This document shows positions 17,690-26,261 of a stretch of 64,000 bases of DNA, piece after piece. The DNA comes from an uncultured Gammaproteobacteria bacterium (lineage in GTDB: Bacteria; Patescibacteriota; Patescibacteriia; UBA1558; S5-K13): the NCBI GenBank assembly GCA_964424195.1, contig CAYRHT010000001.1, positions 70,102 to 134,101 of the forward strand. Direction: 5' to 3'. The notes beneath the pieces are model-generated. The model was not told the origin of the DNA and did not search any database. It worked only from the letters and a program-made list of their open reading frames with translations. Numbering within the stretch: position 1 is the stretch's first letter; each line of letters begins with the position of its first letter. The position numbers were made by a program, and so were the translations under genes.

Positions 17690-18136
17690 CTATATCGTAG
17701 GTTCCCATAAATTTCCATCGACTATTGGTTCACCTTGAATAAGTAACATAAGAGTATTACTAATAATCCAGGCTCCTAAGACGATGGCTAATCCAATAAT
17801 TGCACCAATTAATCTTTTTTTGGCCTTGGAAATTAATTCTTCATTACCACCAGAAGTCATCCATTGAAAGCCAGAAATAATAATCATGACTAGAAATAAT
17901 AAACCGACTAGAGTTAGAGCAATATTAATGATACCAATAATTCGATTAGGTAACGACTGTCCGTTATATAGGCCTGCTTGTTCAGCAAAATCTATTTGTT
18001 TTAAAGCTGCTTGTTCAGCAGCGGTCCATTCAATATCTTCACCTTCTTGAGCTAATAAATTATATCTCGGAACAACCAAAAAACTTAGAATTACGAAGGA
18101 TAAAATTAAAATTTGAAAGTTCTTTTTAGTTTTCAT
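17690..18136 (-). CDS. VirB2/TrbC-like pilin-like small secreted membrane protein, paralog 1 of 8
   Basis: Signal peptide, variable region, then helix-loop-helix ...LFLVMIIISGFQWMTSGGNEELISKAKKRLIGAIIGLAIVLGAW... Confidence 0.6.
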   Translation of the reverse strand: MKTKKNFQILILSFVILSFLVVPRYNLLAQEGEDIEWTAAEQAALKQIDFAEQAGLYNGQSLPNRIIGIINIALTLVGLLFLVMIIISGFQWMTSGGNEELISKAKKRLIGAIIGLAIVLGAWIISNTLMLLIQGEPIVDGNLWEPTI

Positions 18137-18153
18137 TTAATTTATTTATTTAA

Positions 18154-18636
18154 TTAAACTACCATCAATATATAGGTAACAAAACTAGCTAGTGAGTAAG
18201 ACAAAATTACAATTGCTAAACCAATGATAGCATTAGTTATATTCTTTTTAGCTTTACCAATAGTTTCTTCATTACCACCAGCAGTCATCCATTGAAAGCC
18301 AGAAATAATAATCATGATTAAGAACAAAATTCCTAGAAGACTAAGAATGGTTTTAACTATTCTAGCAATAATATCAATAATACCAGATTCTTCAGTTACA
18401 GGAGCATAACCAGCATACATAGTAGCAGTTGCATCAAGTTTTGCTTCAATAAGTTCTTTTGTTGATACTCCTTCTGGCGTTGTGTCTGGAACTGGAAGTG
18501 GTTCTATGCACTCTCCACCGATACATACTCCGCTACTGCTACAATCATTGTTAGATTCACATGCTTGAGCATTAGTAATACCAATGGCGGATAGACTGAG
18601 AAGTATAATTAAAGATATGAAGATTATTTTTTTCAT
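18154..18636 (-). CDS. Pilin-like paralog 2 (Cys-containing variable region)
   Basis: ...ILFLIMIIISGFQWMTAGGNEETIGKAKKNITNAIIGLAIV... A CxxxxCxxxxxCxxxxC cluster follows the signal peptide. Confidence 0.6.
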   Translation of the reverse strand: MKKIIFISLIILLSLSAIGITNAQACESNNDCSSSGVCIGGECIEPLPVPDTTPEGVSTKELIEAKLDATATMYAGYAPVTEESGIIDIIARIVKTILSLLGILFLIMIIISGFQWMTAGGNEETIGKAKKNITNAIIGLAIVILSYSLASFVTYILMVV

Positions 18637-18651
18637 TTTATAATGATTTAT

Positions 18652-19086
18652 TTATAAAGTTTGTCCTATTAAAATATCAACTACAAAGTAAGAAATAGCA
18701 TAGGCGGCAAGTACAATTACTAAACCAATAGTAGCATTTTTAATCCTATTTTTAGCTTTAGTAATGCTTTCTTCATTTCCTCCAGCAGTCATCCATTGAT
18801 AACCACCTATAATGATTAAAATTAAGAAGAATATACCAATTAAAGAAAGAGCAGTTTGAATAATACTACCAATAACAATTTCAACACTAGAGTTAGTATC
18901 ATAGCCAATACCACTGGCAGCATAATTAATTAACATTTCAGAATGTTTTAAATTAGGTAGAATTTCACTACTAGCTGGTTGAGAATTCTCAGTAGGTGTC
19001 ATTTGAGCTAAAACAGGACTGAATATTAAACTTAGTAAGAAAATTAACAGAAAAGAGAATACAATTCTTTTATTTTTTTTAAACAT
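18652..19086 (-). CDS. Pilin-like paralog 3
   Basis: ...FFLILIIIGGYQWMTAGGNEESITKAKNRIKNATIGLVIVLAAY... Confidence 0.6.
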   Translation of the reverse strand: MFKKNKRIVFSFLLIFLLSLIFSPVLAQMTPTENSQPASSEILPNLKHSEMLINYAASGIGYDTNSSVEIVIGSIIQTALSLIGIFFLILIIIGGYQWMTAGGNEESITKAKNRIKNATIGLVIVLAAYAISYFVVDILIGQTL

Positions 19087-19100
19087 ATTAATTTATTTTA

Positions 19101-19505
19101 TTAAACAGTAGATTTAAATAACATTTCTAATATGAAATAGGCTAGAATATAGGCTCCTAAAACAATAATTAATCCGTTAACAGCCATTCTAATTCTTTGT
19201 TTTGCTTTAGTTACTCGTTCTTCATTACCTCCGGAAAACATCCATTCATAACCACCCATAACAATTAAGATTAGAAATACAATTCCAGCAAAACCTAGAA
19301 TTGTACCAACAATTTTATTTCTAGTATCTTGAAGCATCCAAAAAGTTTGCTCTATGCTTTCAGTTGTAGCATATCCTAAATTATTAGCAGTTTCATTATA
19401 ATCTTTTCTAATAGTTTCAATAGCTTCTATAGCTTTAACAGGAACTACAAAGATATTAGATAGAATAATAGTTAATATAAATATTAGAAATATTTTTTTA
19501 AACAT
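19101..19505 (-). CDS. Pilin-like paralog 4
   Basis: ...VFLILIVMGGYEWMFSGGNEERVTKAKQRIRMAVNGLIIVLGAY... Confidence 0.6.
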   Translation of the reverse strand: MFKKIFLIFILTIILSNIFVVPVKAIEAIETIRKDYNETANNLGYATTESIEQTFWMLQDTRNKIVGTILGFAGIVFLILIVMGGYEWMFSGGNEERVTKAKQRIRMAVNGLIIVLGAYILAYFILEMLFKSTV

Positions 19506-19508
19506 AAT

Positions 19509-19964
19509 TTAACTTGTTACAGGAGGAGTTATTAATTCATTTAAAGTTATAAATATTAAATCAACTAAAATATAAGCAGCAACAATAATTATTAATCCAA
19601 TTATGGAACTTTTTATTTTATCTTTAGCTTTTTTAATAGCTTCTTCGTTTCCACCAGAATTCATCCAACCATAACCAGCAAATATTATATTCATTAATAA
19701 TATTATTCCAATAAAGGCTAGAATATAACCAATTAATCTAGCGATAATATCCTGAGGTTCCGCTGCTATTGTTCCTGTTTCATCTGTTAAGCTTGCTTCA
19801 CTAGCACTTTTTATTAAACCATCACGAGCTTCTTTTAAAGCTGAATTAGTCTCTTCTTGAGCATGAATACTGAGAATTGGTGTTAAAACAAAAGAAATAA
19901 TGATAAAACAAAATAGTATCTTTTTTATATTTAGATTCATTTTTTTATAGGTTATATAATTCAC
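19509..19964 (-). CDS. Pilin-like paralog 5
   Basis: ...ILLMNIIFAGYGWMNSGGNEEAIKKAKDKIKSSIIGLIIIVAAY... Confidence 0.6.
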   Translation of the reverse strand: MNYITYKKMNLNIKKILFCFIIISFVLTPILSIHAQEETNSALKEARDGLIKSASEASLTDETGTIAAEPQDIIARLIGYILAFIGIILLMNIIFAGYGWMNSGGNEEAIKKAKDKIKSSIIGLIIIVAAYILVDLIFITLNELITPPVTS

Positions 19965-20013
19965 ATCTCCTCGCTCTATATAATATAAAGCGAGAAATCT
20001 AAACTATATTTTT

Positions 20014-20409
20014 TTAAACACTATCACCTAAAGATCCGCCAATTGTACCAACAACATAGGTAGCAATTGCGTAAGCAGCTAGGATGATAATTAGACCAAC
20101 TACACCGGCTCCTAATAATTTTTTAGCTTCTCCAACTTTTTCTTCATTTCCACCAGAAGTCATCCATTTAAAACCACCAATTAGAATCATAACTAGAGCT
20201 ATCAAGCCTAATAATCCTAAAAGAGTGTTAATTAGATTAACAGCAGTACCTTCTAGGTCTCCTTCTGCTAGATTGGGAACCGTTGGGACCGTAATTCCAT
20301 CTCCAGAATCTGGTGGGGTATTACCGGTTTGAGCAAATACTCCTACAGCAGATACAGCGAAAACGAAAATTAAGACGAAACTAATAATGTTTTTAGTTAG
20401 TTTTGACAT
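20014..20409 (-). CDS. Pilin-like paralog 6
   Basis: ...IALVMILIGGFKWMTSGGNEEKVGEAKKLLGAGVVGLIIILAAY... Confidence 0.6.
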   Translation of the reverse strand: MSKLTKNIISFVLIFVFAVSAVGVFAQTGNTPPDSGDGITVPTVPNLAEGDLEGTAVNLINTLLGLLGLIALVMILIGGFKWMTSGGNEEKVGEAKKLLGAGVVGLIIILAAYAIATYVVGTIGGSLGDSV

Positions 20410-20523
20410 TTTGTTTTTCTTCCTTTCTTTTTCTCATTTAACTTAACGTTAAATGAGCTTAATGTCTCGTTATTTATACGAGCTTTTATTATTTATATAA
20501 ATTATATACAACTTAATATATCT

Positions 20524-20552
20524 ATTATACTATTTTTTATGAAAATTGTATA
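20524..20552 (-). promoter_or_regulatory. Candidate internal promoter (minus strand) in the 155-nt gap before paralog 6
   Basis: Minus-strand TATACA-17 nt-TATAAT. Weak -35 in an AT-rich background. Confidence 0.25.
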
Positions 20553-20564
20553 ATGTTTTAATTT

Positions 20565-20915
20565 CTATTGTTCACCACCCAGTATCTTAAATACTAGATT
20601 TAAGACAGAATAACTAGTAAAGATAGTTACTATTCCTAAAACTGCCCAAATTAAAATTCCCTTTCCCTTTTTAATCTTTTCTTCATTTCCACCAGAGGTC
20701 ATCCAAGTTAAGCCACCGAAAATAAACATTAATAGAGCTAGAGAACCAACTACACCTAGAGCACCTTTAATAATTCTACCAATTAAGTCTGGAATACTTG
20801 TAGTCCCTAGAGGATTTGTTAGTTCATTGTCAGCTGTCGTTGCATAGCATACTCCAATTGAAGAAACAAGTACTAGTGAGATTAGTAAAAAACTAATTAT
20901 TTTTTTGTTTTTCAT
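20565..20915 (-). CDS. Pilin-like paralog 7
   Basis: ...LALLMFIFGGLTWMTSGGNEEKIKKGKGILIWAVLGIVTIFTSY... Confidence 0.6.
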   Translation of the reverse strand: MKNKKIISFLLISLVLVSSIGVCYATTADNELTNPLGTTSIPDLIGRIIKGALGVVGSLALLMFIFGGLTWMTSGGNEEKIKKGKGILIWAVLGIVTIFTSYSVLNLVFKILGGEQ

Positions 20916-20928
20916 TTTAAATATTTTA

Positions 20929-21513
20929 TTATTTAAATTCTGTTGATTCTAATTTGAAGTTTTTATCTTCTTCAGCTTTTTCTATTAAAGTATCTTGAAC
21001 AAAACTTATTATCATATAAGCACCTAAGAAAATAACTAGTCCAATAATAGTTTGAACCATCATGGTTCGAGCACTTTTAATCTTTTCTTCACTGCCTCCA
21101 GAAAATATCATTTGAATACCAGCAATAATAAAGAATAGGAGAGCTACACTACCAACGATTCCTAATAATTGTTTAGAAATACTAATAGCTTTATATACTA
21201 GATCTTTCACATCATATTCACCATATTCTCTAAGGCATTCTTCTATGTTAATTTGTTTATAACATTGAGCACCTTTACACTTTCCATCTTCAAATAGTTC
21301 TTGGTCTTTACAATTTTCTTCTTTAGTTGTCTCCCAATATATTCCATCTTGATTCTTGTCTTTACCTTCTGCATCTCGACATTTAAGGTCTTTAGTGTCA
21401 AATGCTTTACATTCAAAGACATCCTTAGCATAAACAATCGGAATATTAACAACATTTAGAAGGATAGTTATTAAAAAGACTGTTAATATACTAAGTTTTA
21501 TTTTTCTAGACAT
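20929..21513 (-). CDS. Pilin-like paralog 8 (divergent; Cys-rich 90-aa exposed region)
   Basis: ...ALLFFIIAGIQMIFSGGSEEKIKSARTMMVQTIIGLVIFLGAY... The motif is degenerate (SGGSEE). Six Cys in the variable part. The start abuts the stop of the upstream SBP gene. Confidence 0.55.
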   Translation of the reverse strand: MSRKIKLSILTVFLITILLNVVNIPIVYAKDVFECKAFDTKDLKCRDAEGKDKNQDGIYWETTKEENCKDQELFEDGKCKGAQCYKQINIEECLREYGEYDVKDLVYKAISISKQLLGIVGSVALLFFIIAGIQMIFSGGSEEKIKSARTMMVQTIIGLVIFLGAYMIISFVQDTLIEKAEEDKNFKLESTEFK

Positions 21514-22896
21514 TTATTTAATGGTTTGATTTATTCTGGTAGCTGTATTTTTTAATAAGTTTCTAATTGCTTTATCTACTAAATTATCATTTTTTATCTT
21601 ATCAACTAATTCTATAATAGCTTTCTCAGCTTCAGCTAGTGATTCTCCTCGATACCATGATTGAGCAGTTAAGATTTGATCAACGAATGGTTTAATTTCT
21701 AGATTCTGAGCTTGGACATCTTTAAGAGATTTTAGAGCAGTTGGTTTATTAGTTTCTTCTAGATATATTTTAACATTTTCTTTCCTAGTAGCAAAATCAA
21801 TAAATCCCCAAGCAGCATCTCTATGTTTAGTTTTATGAGAAACTGTCATTAACCAATAATTAGCAAAGTTTGTTGGTCGAAGAGTATTAGAGATTTGAGG
21901 TACTGGAGCAGTTTTTAAATTAAACTTATCAGTAGTTCTGGATTTAATTTGTTTAAGATGGTAAGGATAGCCAAAAAAGAAAGCTACTTGTCCATTAATA
22001 AAGGCATCTAAAGCATTATCCTGATCTTTATTCCAAGAGTAAACTTCTTTAATTGGATTAGAATAATCATTGTAAAAGTTAATAGCTTCCATAACTAAAT
22101 CTTGATTTTCTGGATTTTCAAAATTAATTCTATTATTAGGAGTTAATAAGTCAACTCCATTTTGGAGCATTAAAAGTACTAAAATATCAACAGCATTAGT
22201 AATATTATTTGTTGTTCCCAGAGCAGTTCCAGATTGTTCAAAGCTATTATTCTCATTCAGGAGACTAATATTTTTAACCATGCTATTAAATTCAGTCCAA
22301 GTTTTTGGTGGATAGGAAATATTAGCATATCTTAACAAATCTTCGTTATAGAATAATCCCAGAGTATCTAAACTTAAGGGTAGTCCATAGATTTCATTTT
22401 CTTTGACCACATCTTCATAAACTACATTGGCATAATTTTGAACCAAGTCATTTAATGATGTTGTCCGAACCTCTTTAACGCTATCAATAATATCTGTCTT
22501 TTGAAAACCACCAATACCACTTGATTTTACTTCACGATAAGGGAGTATAATTTTAGCTGGGAGAGGAGTAATTTTACTCTTATACTCTGCTAACCAATCA
22601 TTCGGTAAGAAATAGATATCTGGACCACGATCTTCTGCCCAAGCTTCTAATAATTGTTGTTCGTATTCATCAATACCAAATTTTTTGTAATTAATAGAGA
22701 TAGTTGGGTGCAGTTTTTTGTAGCCATCAAATAATGGTTTCAAACTAGTACTATCTTCATAAACTGACCAGACATTTAGAGTTAGAGGTTTAAGTTGAAC
22801 AGCTTTTCTTTTAAAAGGATTATTAGTACATCCAAATCCAGAAGTAATTAAGATTACAAAAACAAAACCGAGGATAATTAGTTTATTTTTAGACAT
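21514..22896 (-). CDS. Extracellular solute-binding lipoprotein (ABC-type family 1, MalE-like), orphan
   Basis: Lipoprotein signal ...ITSGFGCTNN, 460 aa periplasmic-binding-protein-like sequence. No permease or ATPase genes nearby. Confidence 0.6.
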   Translation of the reverse strand: MSKNKLIILGFVFVILITSGFGCTNNPFKRKAVQLKPLTLNVWSVYEDSTSLKPLFDGYKKLHPTISINYKKFGIDEYEQQLLEAWAEDRGPDIYFLPNDWLAEYKSKITPLPAKIILPYREVKSSGIGGFQKTDIIDSVKEVRTTSLNDLVQNYANVVYEDVVKENEIYGLPLSLDTLGLFYNEDLLRYANISYPPKTWTEFNSMVKNISLLNENNSFEQSGTALGTTNNITNAVDILVLLMLQNGVDLLTPNNRINFENPENQDLVMEAINFYNDYSNPIKEVYSWNKDQDNALDAFINGQVAFFFGYPYHLKQIKSRTTDKFNLKTAPVPQISNTLRPTNFANYWLMTVSHKTKHRDAAWGFIDFATRKENVKIYLEETNKPTALKSLKDVQAQNLEIKPFVDQILTAQSWYRGESLAEAEKAIIELVDKIKNDNLVDKAIRNLLKNTATRINQTIK

Positions 22897-22915
22897 ATTT
22901 TAGATATTTAAATTA

Positions 22916-23791
22916 TTAAAAAGTCTTTTTTAAGTATTTTTTTAACTCTTTACCAATTTCTTTATGCTCTAAAGCAAAATCAATAGTAGCTTTAATAAAT
23001 TCTAACTTATTACCACAATCATAATATTTTCCATTTTCTATTTCACAAGCATAAAGAGGAACACCTTGTTTTTTTAGAGCATTAATAGCGTCTACTAACC
23101 AGACTTCTCCGCCTTTACCTCTTTTGGTTTTTTCTAAAACTTTAAATATTTCGGGAGGTAAAATATATGCTCCTAATAGAGCTAGGTTTGAAGGAGCGTT
23201 CTTAGGATTTGGTTTCTCTACTATATTCTTTATCTCGTAGACATTATCTTCTATTTTTTTAACATCAGCTACACCATATCTAGCTAAATCTTTCTTGTTT
23301 TTTATTCTTAATCCAGAAATAACCATCCCACCATATTTTTCATAAACTTTAATCATTTGTTTTAGTCTTGGTGGCTGAGAATGAATAAACTCATCGCCCC
23401 AAACAACAGCAAAAGCTTCGTCACCAACTACATCCTTAGCGTTTAAAACTGGAGTACCATTACCGTAAGGACCTTTTTGTCTAATATAAATAAAGTTAGC
23501 TAAATCAGCTATCTTTTTAATTTCTTGTCTTTGTTTATTCTTACCTTGTTTTTTAAGCCAGTTTTGTAATTCATAATTGTAATCAAAATGATCTTCAATG
23601 GCTCTTTTGCTACTGCCAGTAACTATAACCACATCTTTAATACCAGATGCTACCACTTCTTCAACAACATATTGAATGATAGGCTTATCTACTACGGGTA
23701 ACATTTCTTTAGGTTGGGCTTTAGTAGCAGGTAGAAATCTAGTTCCTAATCCAGCTGCCGGGATAACTACTTTTCTAATCTTATTTTTCAT
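22916..23791 (-). CDS. galU: UTP-glucose-1-phosphate uridylyltransferase
   Basis: KVVIPAAGLGTRFLPATKAQPKEMLPVVDKPIIQYVVEE, 291 aa. Confidence 0.85.
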   Translation of the reverse strand: MKNKIRKVVIPAAGLGTRFLPATKAQPKEMLPVVDKPIIQYVVEEVVASGIKDVVIVTGSSKRAIEDHFDYNYELQNWLKKQGKNKQRQEIKKIADLANFIYIRQKGPYGNGTPVLNAKDVVGDEAFAVVWGDEFIHSQPPRLKQMIKVYEKYGGMVISGLRIKNKKDLARYGVADVKKIEDNVYEIKNIVEKPNPKNAPSNLALLGAYILPPEIFKVLEKTKRGKGGEVWLVDAINALKKQGVPLYACEIENGKYYDCGNKLEFIKATIDFALEHKEIGKELKKYLKKTF

Positions 23792-23915
23792 ATAATTAAA
23801 AACTCAAATTTATTATTTAATTCGATATGTTTATTATACTAATAATTCCTAGTTTAGGTCAATCTAATTTTTTAATTTAATTTGTAGTTTTCCCTATTTA
23901 TTGTATTATTAACTT

Positions 23916-24833
23916 ATGAAAAAATTTATATGTCAGGAAAATAAAATTAGGTTAGATAAATTTTTAGTTGAAAGACTAAAGAGTTTGTCGCGTTCTAAAA
24001 TTCAACACCTAATTGAAGATGGGCAAGTAAAAGTTAATTCAGAAATTGTTAATAAAAAACACCATTGGTTGGATGAGAAGGATAAAGTTGAGATATTACT
24101 TGCACCTTCGGGTCCCGTTGCTAAGAAAAAAGCCTCTTGTTTTAAAAAAGATATTAAAGTCGTCAAGAAAGCTAAAGATTATGTAGTTATAGAAAAGCCT
24201 TCTGGTTTGATTGTTCATGGAACTAAAGAAATTCACGAATATTCTCTAGCTGATTGGTTGATTAAAAAATATCCTCAGATTAAAAAAGTAGGAGATGATA
24301 TTGAATTCAGACCAGGCATAGTTCATCGTTTGGATAAGAAAGTTTCTGGTCTAATGGTTGTAGCTTTAAATCAAGAATCTTTTGAAAACTTAAAAGAACA
24401 GTTTAAAGACCGGAGTGTAACTAAAAAATATTTAGCTTTAGTTCATGATCAGATGGAAGAGTATGATGGAAAAGTAGATTTTCCAATTGAGCGTTCTAAG
24501 AGAAGTGGTAAAATGGTAGCTAAGCCAAAGCATTTTGATGAAAAAGAAGCTTTAACTCTTTGGGAGACTAAAGAAAAATTTGCTCATCATACTTTATTAG
24601 ATGTTCAAATTAAAACTGGAAGAAATCATCAGATTAGAGCCCATATGCAAGCTATTAATCATCCAGTTGTTGGTGATGATTTGTATAATATTAAAGGGAA
24701 TAAGGATAAATTTAATTTAAAAAGAGTTTTTTTACACGCTTATCGTTTAGAGTTTAGAGATTTGAATGGTGAATTACAAAAATTTGAAATAGATTTGCCA
24801 GAAGATTTAAAAAATGTAATTGAAGAACTATGA
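23916..24833 (+). CDS. RluA-family 23S rRNA pseudouridine synthase (RluD-like)
   Basis: N-terminal S4 domain (IRLDKFLVERL) and catalytic HRLDKKVSGLMVVA, 305 aa. Confidence 0.85.
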   Translation: MKKFICQENKIRLDKFLVERLKSLSRSKIQHLIEDGQVKVNSEIVNKKHHWLDEKDKVEILLAPSGPVAKKKASCFKKDIKVVKKAKDYVVIEKPSGLIVHGTKEIHEYSLADWLIKKYPQIKKVGDDIEFRPGIVHRLDKKVSGLMVVALNQESFENLKEQFKDRSVTKKYLALVHDQMEEYDGKVDFPIERSKRSGKMVAKPKHFDEKEALTLWETKEKFAHHTLLDVQIKTGRNHQIRAHMQAINHPVVGDDLYNIKGNKDKFNLKRVFLHAYRLEFRDLNGELQKFEIDLPEDLKNVIEEL

Positions 24834-25336
24834 AAAAAGAAATAAATAATTTAGTATTCATAGATGGTCAAAATTTATATATGGGAACTAATTCAGAAAA
24901 ACCAAAATGGGAAGTTGATCTTTTTAAATTTAGAGAGTATTTATTAAAGAAATATAAAGTTAAGGATGCTTATTATTTTTTAGGTTTTGTAAATGAGGAA
25001 AATAATGATTTATATGAAATGATCCAGAAAGCTGGTTTTGTTTTAAAGTTTAGAGAACATAATTCTGTTATGATTGGAAAGAAGAAGGGAAATGTAGATT
25101 CAGATATAATTTTTGATATAATGAAGAGGATTTACAAAAAAGAGGAGTTTGATAAGATTATTTTAGTTTCTGGTGATGGAGATTATAAAATGTTAGTAGA
25201 TTTTTTAATCGAAGAGGAAAAATTTGAAAAGATACTTTTTCCGAATAAACAATTCGCTTCTTCCCTTTATAAAGGACTTAAACCAGAATATTTTGATTAT
25301 TTGGTAAATATTAAAAGTAAGATTGAACGGAAATAA
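24830..25336 (+). CDS. NYN-domain (LabA-like) protein
   Basis: VFIDGQNLY...ILVSGDGDY acidic-residue pattern of the NYN/PIN-like fold. 4-nt ATGA overlap with the upstream gene. Confidence 0.7.
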   Translation: MKKEINNLVFIDGQNLYMGTNSEKPKWEVDLFKFREYLLKKYKVKDAYYFLGFVNEENNDLYEMIQKAGFVLKFREHNSVMIGKKKGNVDSDIIFDIMKRIYKKEEFDKIILVSGDGDYKMLVDFLIEEEKFEKILFPNKQFASSLYKGLKPEYFDYLVNIKSKIERK

Positions 25337-25437
25337 AAAAGGGTCTCCTTAGGTAGTTAACCGTTCGGATTCCCTTCGTCTTAATATTTATATTATATAG
25401 ATTATATAGATAATGTCAAGTAAAAAAATAGAAAATT

Positions 25438-26004
25438 ATGAAGAATAAAATTTTTGCTATTGCTGGACCTTCGGGGGCTGGAAAAACAACAATTATTAAT
25501 TTAATTTTAGAGAGAAATAATAATTTACAAAAAGTTTTAACTTCCACTACTAGAATAATTCGAGAGGGAGAAAAAAATGGAGTAAATTATAATTTTTATA
25601 GCATAGAAGAATTTCAGGATAAACTTGCTAAGCAGGAATTTTTGGAAAATGAAAAAGTTCATTCAAATTATTATGGAGTTGAAAAGAGAGAAGTAGAAAA
25701 AATTATTGAGGATAGTAAGGTTCCCTTGTTTGAAGTTGATGTTCGAGGAGTAATGACAATTAAAAAAATAATACCAAATTTAAGAACTATTTTTATTCTA
25801 CCAGAGTCATCAGAACAAATAGAAAATCGTTTAAGAGAGCGTCCTAATATTACTGAAGAAGAAATTAAAACTAGATTAAAAACAGCTAAGGATGAATTAG
25901 AGATAGCTGATAGGTTTGATTATAGAGTTGTAAACGAAGAAGGAAAAATTGATAAAACCGTTCAAAAAATTGAAGATATTTTAAGAAAAGAAGAGTATAT
26001 TTAA
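25438..26004 (+). CDS. gmk: Guanylate kinase
   Basis: IFAIAGPSGAGKTTI P-loop, TTR...GE...G..Y.F, YYGV. Confidence 0.8.
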   Translation: MKNKIFAIAGPSGAGKTTIINLILERNNNLQKVLTSTTRIIREGEKNGVNYNFYSIEEFQDKLAKQEFLENEKVHSNYYGVEKREVEKIIEDSKVPLFEVDVRGVMTIKKIIPNLRTIFILPESSEQIENRLRERPNITEEEIKTRLKTAKDELEIADRFDYRVVNEEGKIDKTVQKIEDILRKEEYI

Positions 26005-26058
26005 TTAGATTGACAATAGACTATATTAATAGTAGAATTAGATGACAATTTATATTAT

Positions 26059-26135
26059 GCATCCGTAGCTCAACTGGATAGAGTGTCTGGCTTCGGACCA
26101 GAAGGTTGCAGGTTCGAATCCTGCCGGGTGTACCA
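26059..26135 (+). tRNA. tRNA-Arg (anticodon TCG)
   Basis: Manual cloverleaf: acceptor GCATCCG/CGGGTGT (two G-U pairs), anticodon loop CTTCGGA, T-loop TTCGAAT, CCA encoded. Confidence 0.85.
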
Positions 26136-26160
26136 TTTTGGTATTAAATTGTAATATTAT

Positions 26161-26236
26161 GCGCCGTTAGCTCAGTTGGTAGAGCAGTTGCCTCTTAAGC
26201 AAATGGTCGCAGGTTCAAATCCTGCACGGCGTACCA
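26161..26236 (+). tRNA. tRNA-Lys (anticodon CTT)
   Basis: Manual cloverleaf: acceptor GCGCCGT/ACGGCGT, anticodon loop CTCTTAA, T-loop TTCAAAT, CCA encoded. Confidence 0.85.
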
Positions 26237-26261
26237 AAACTTTGTTTTAAACAGAGTTTTT

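Noticed and set aside
17690-21513. Type IV pilus (PilA-type) major pilins, or holins, as the identity of the eight paralogs
   Set aside because: There is no class III prepilin leader (G/FTLIE) and no prepilin peptidase motif. There is a clear cleavable Sec signal and two long helices separated by a conserved loop, which fits VirB2/TrbC-type topology better than T4P pilins or holins.
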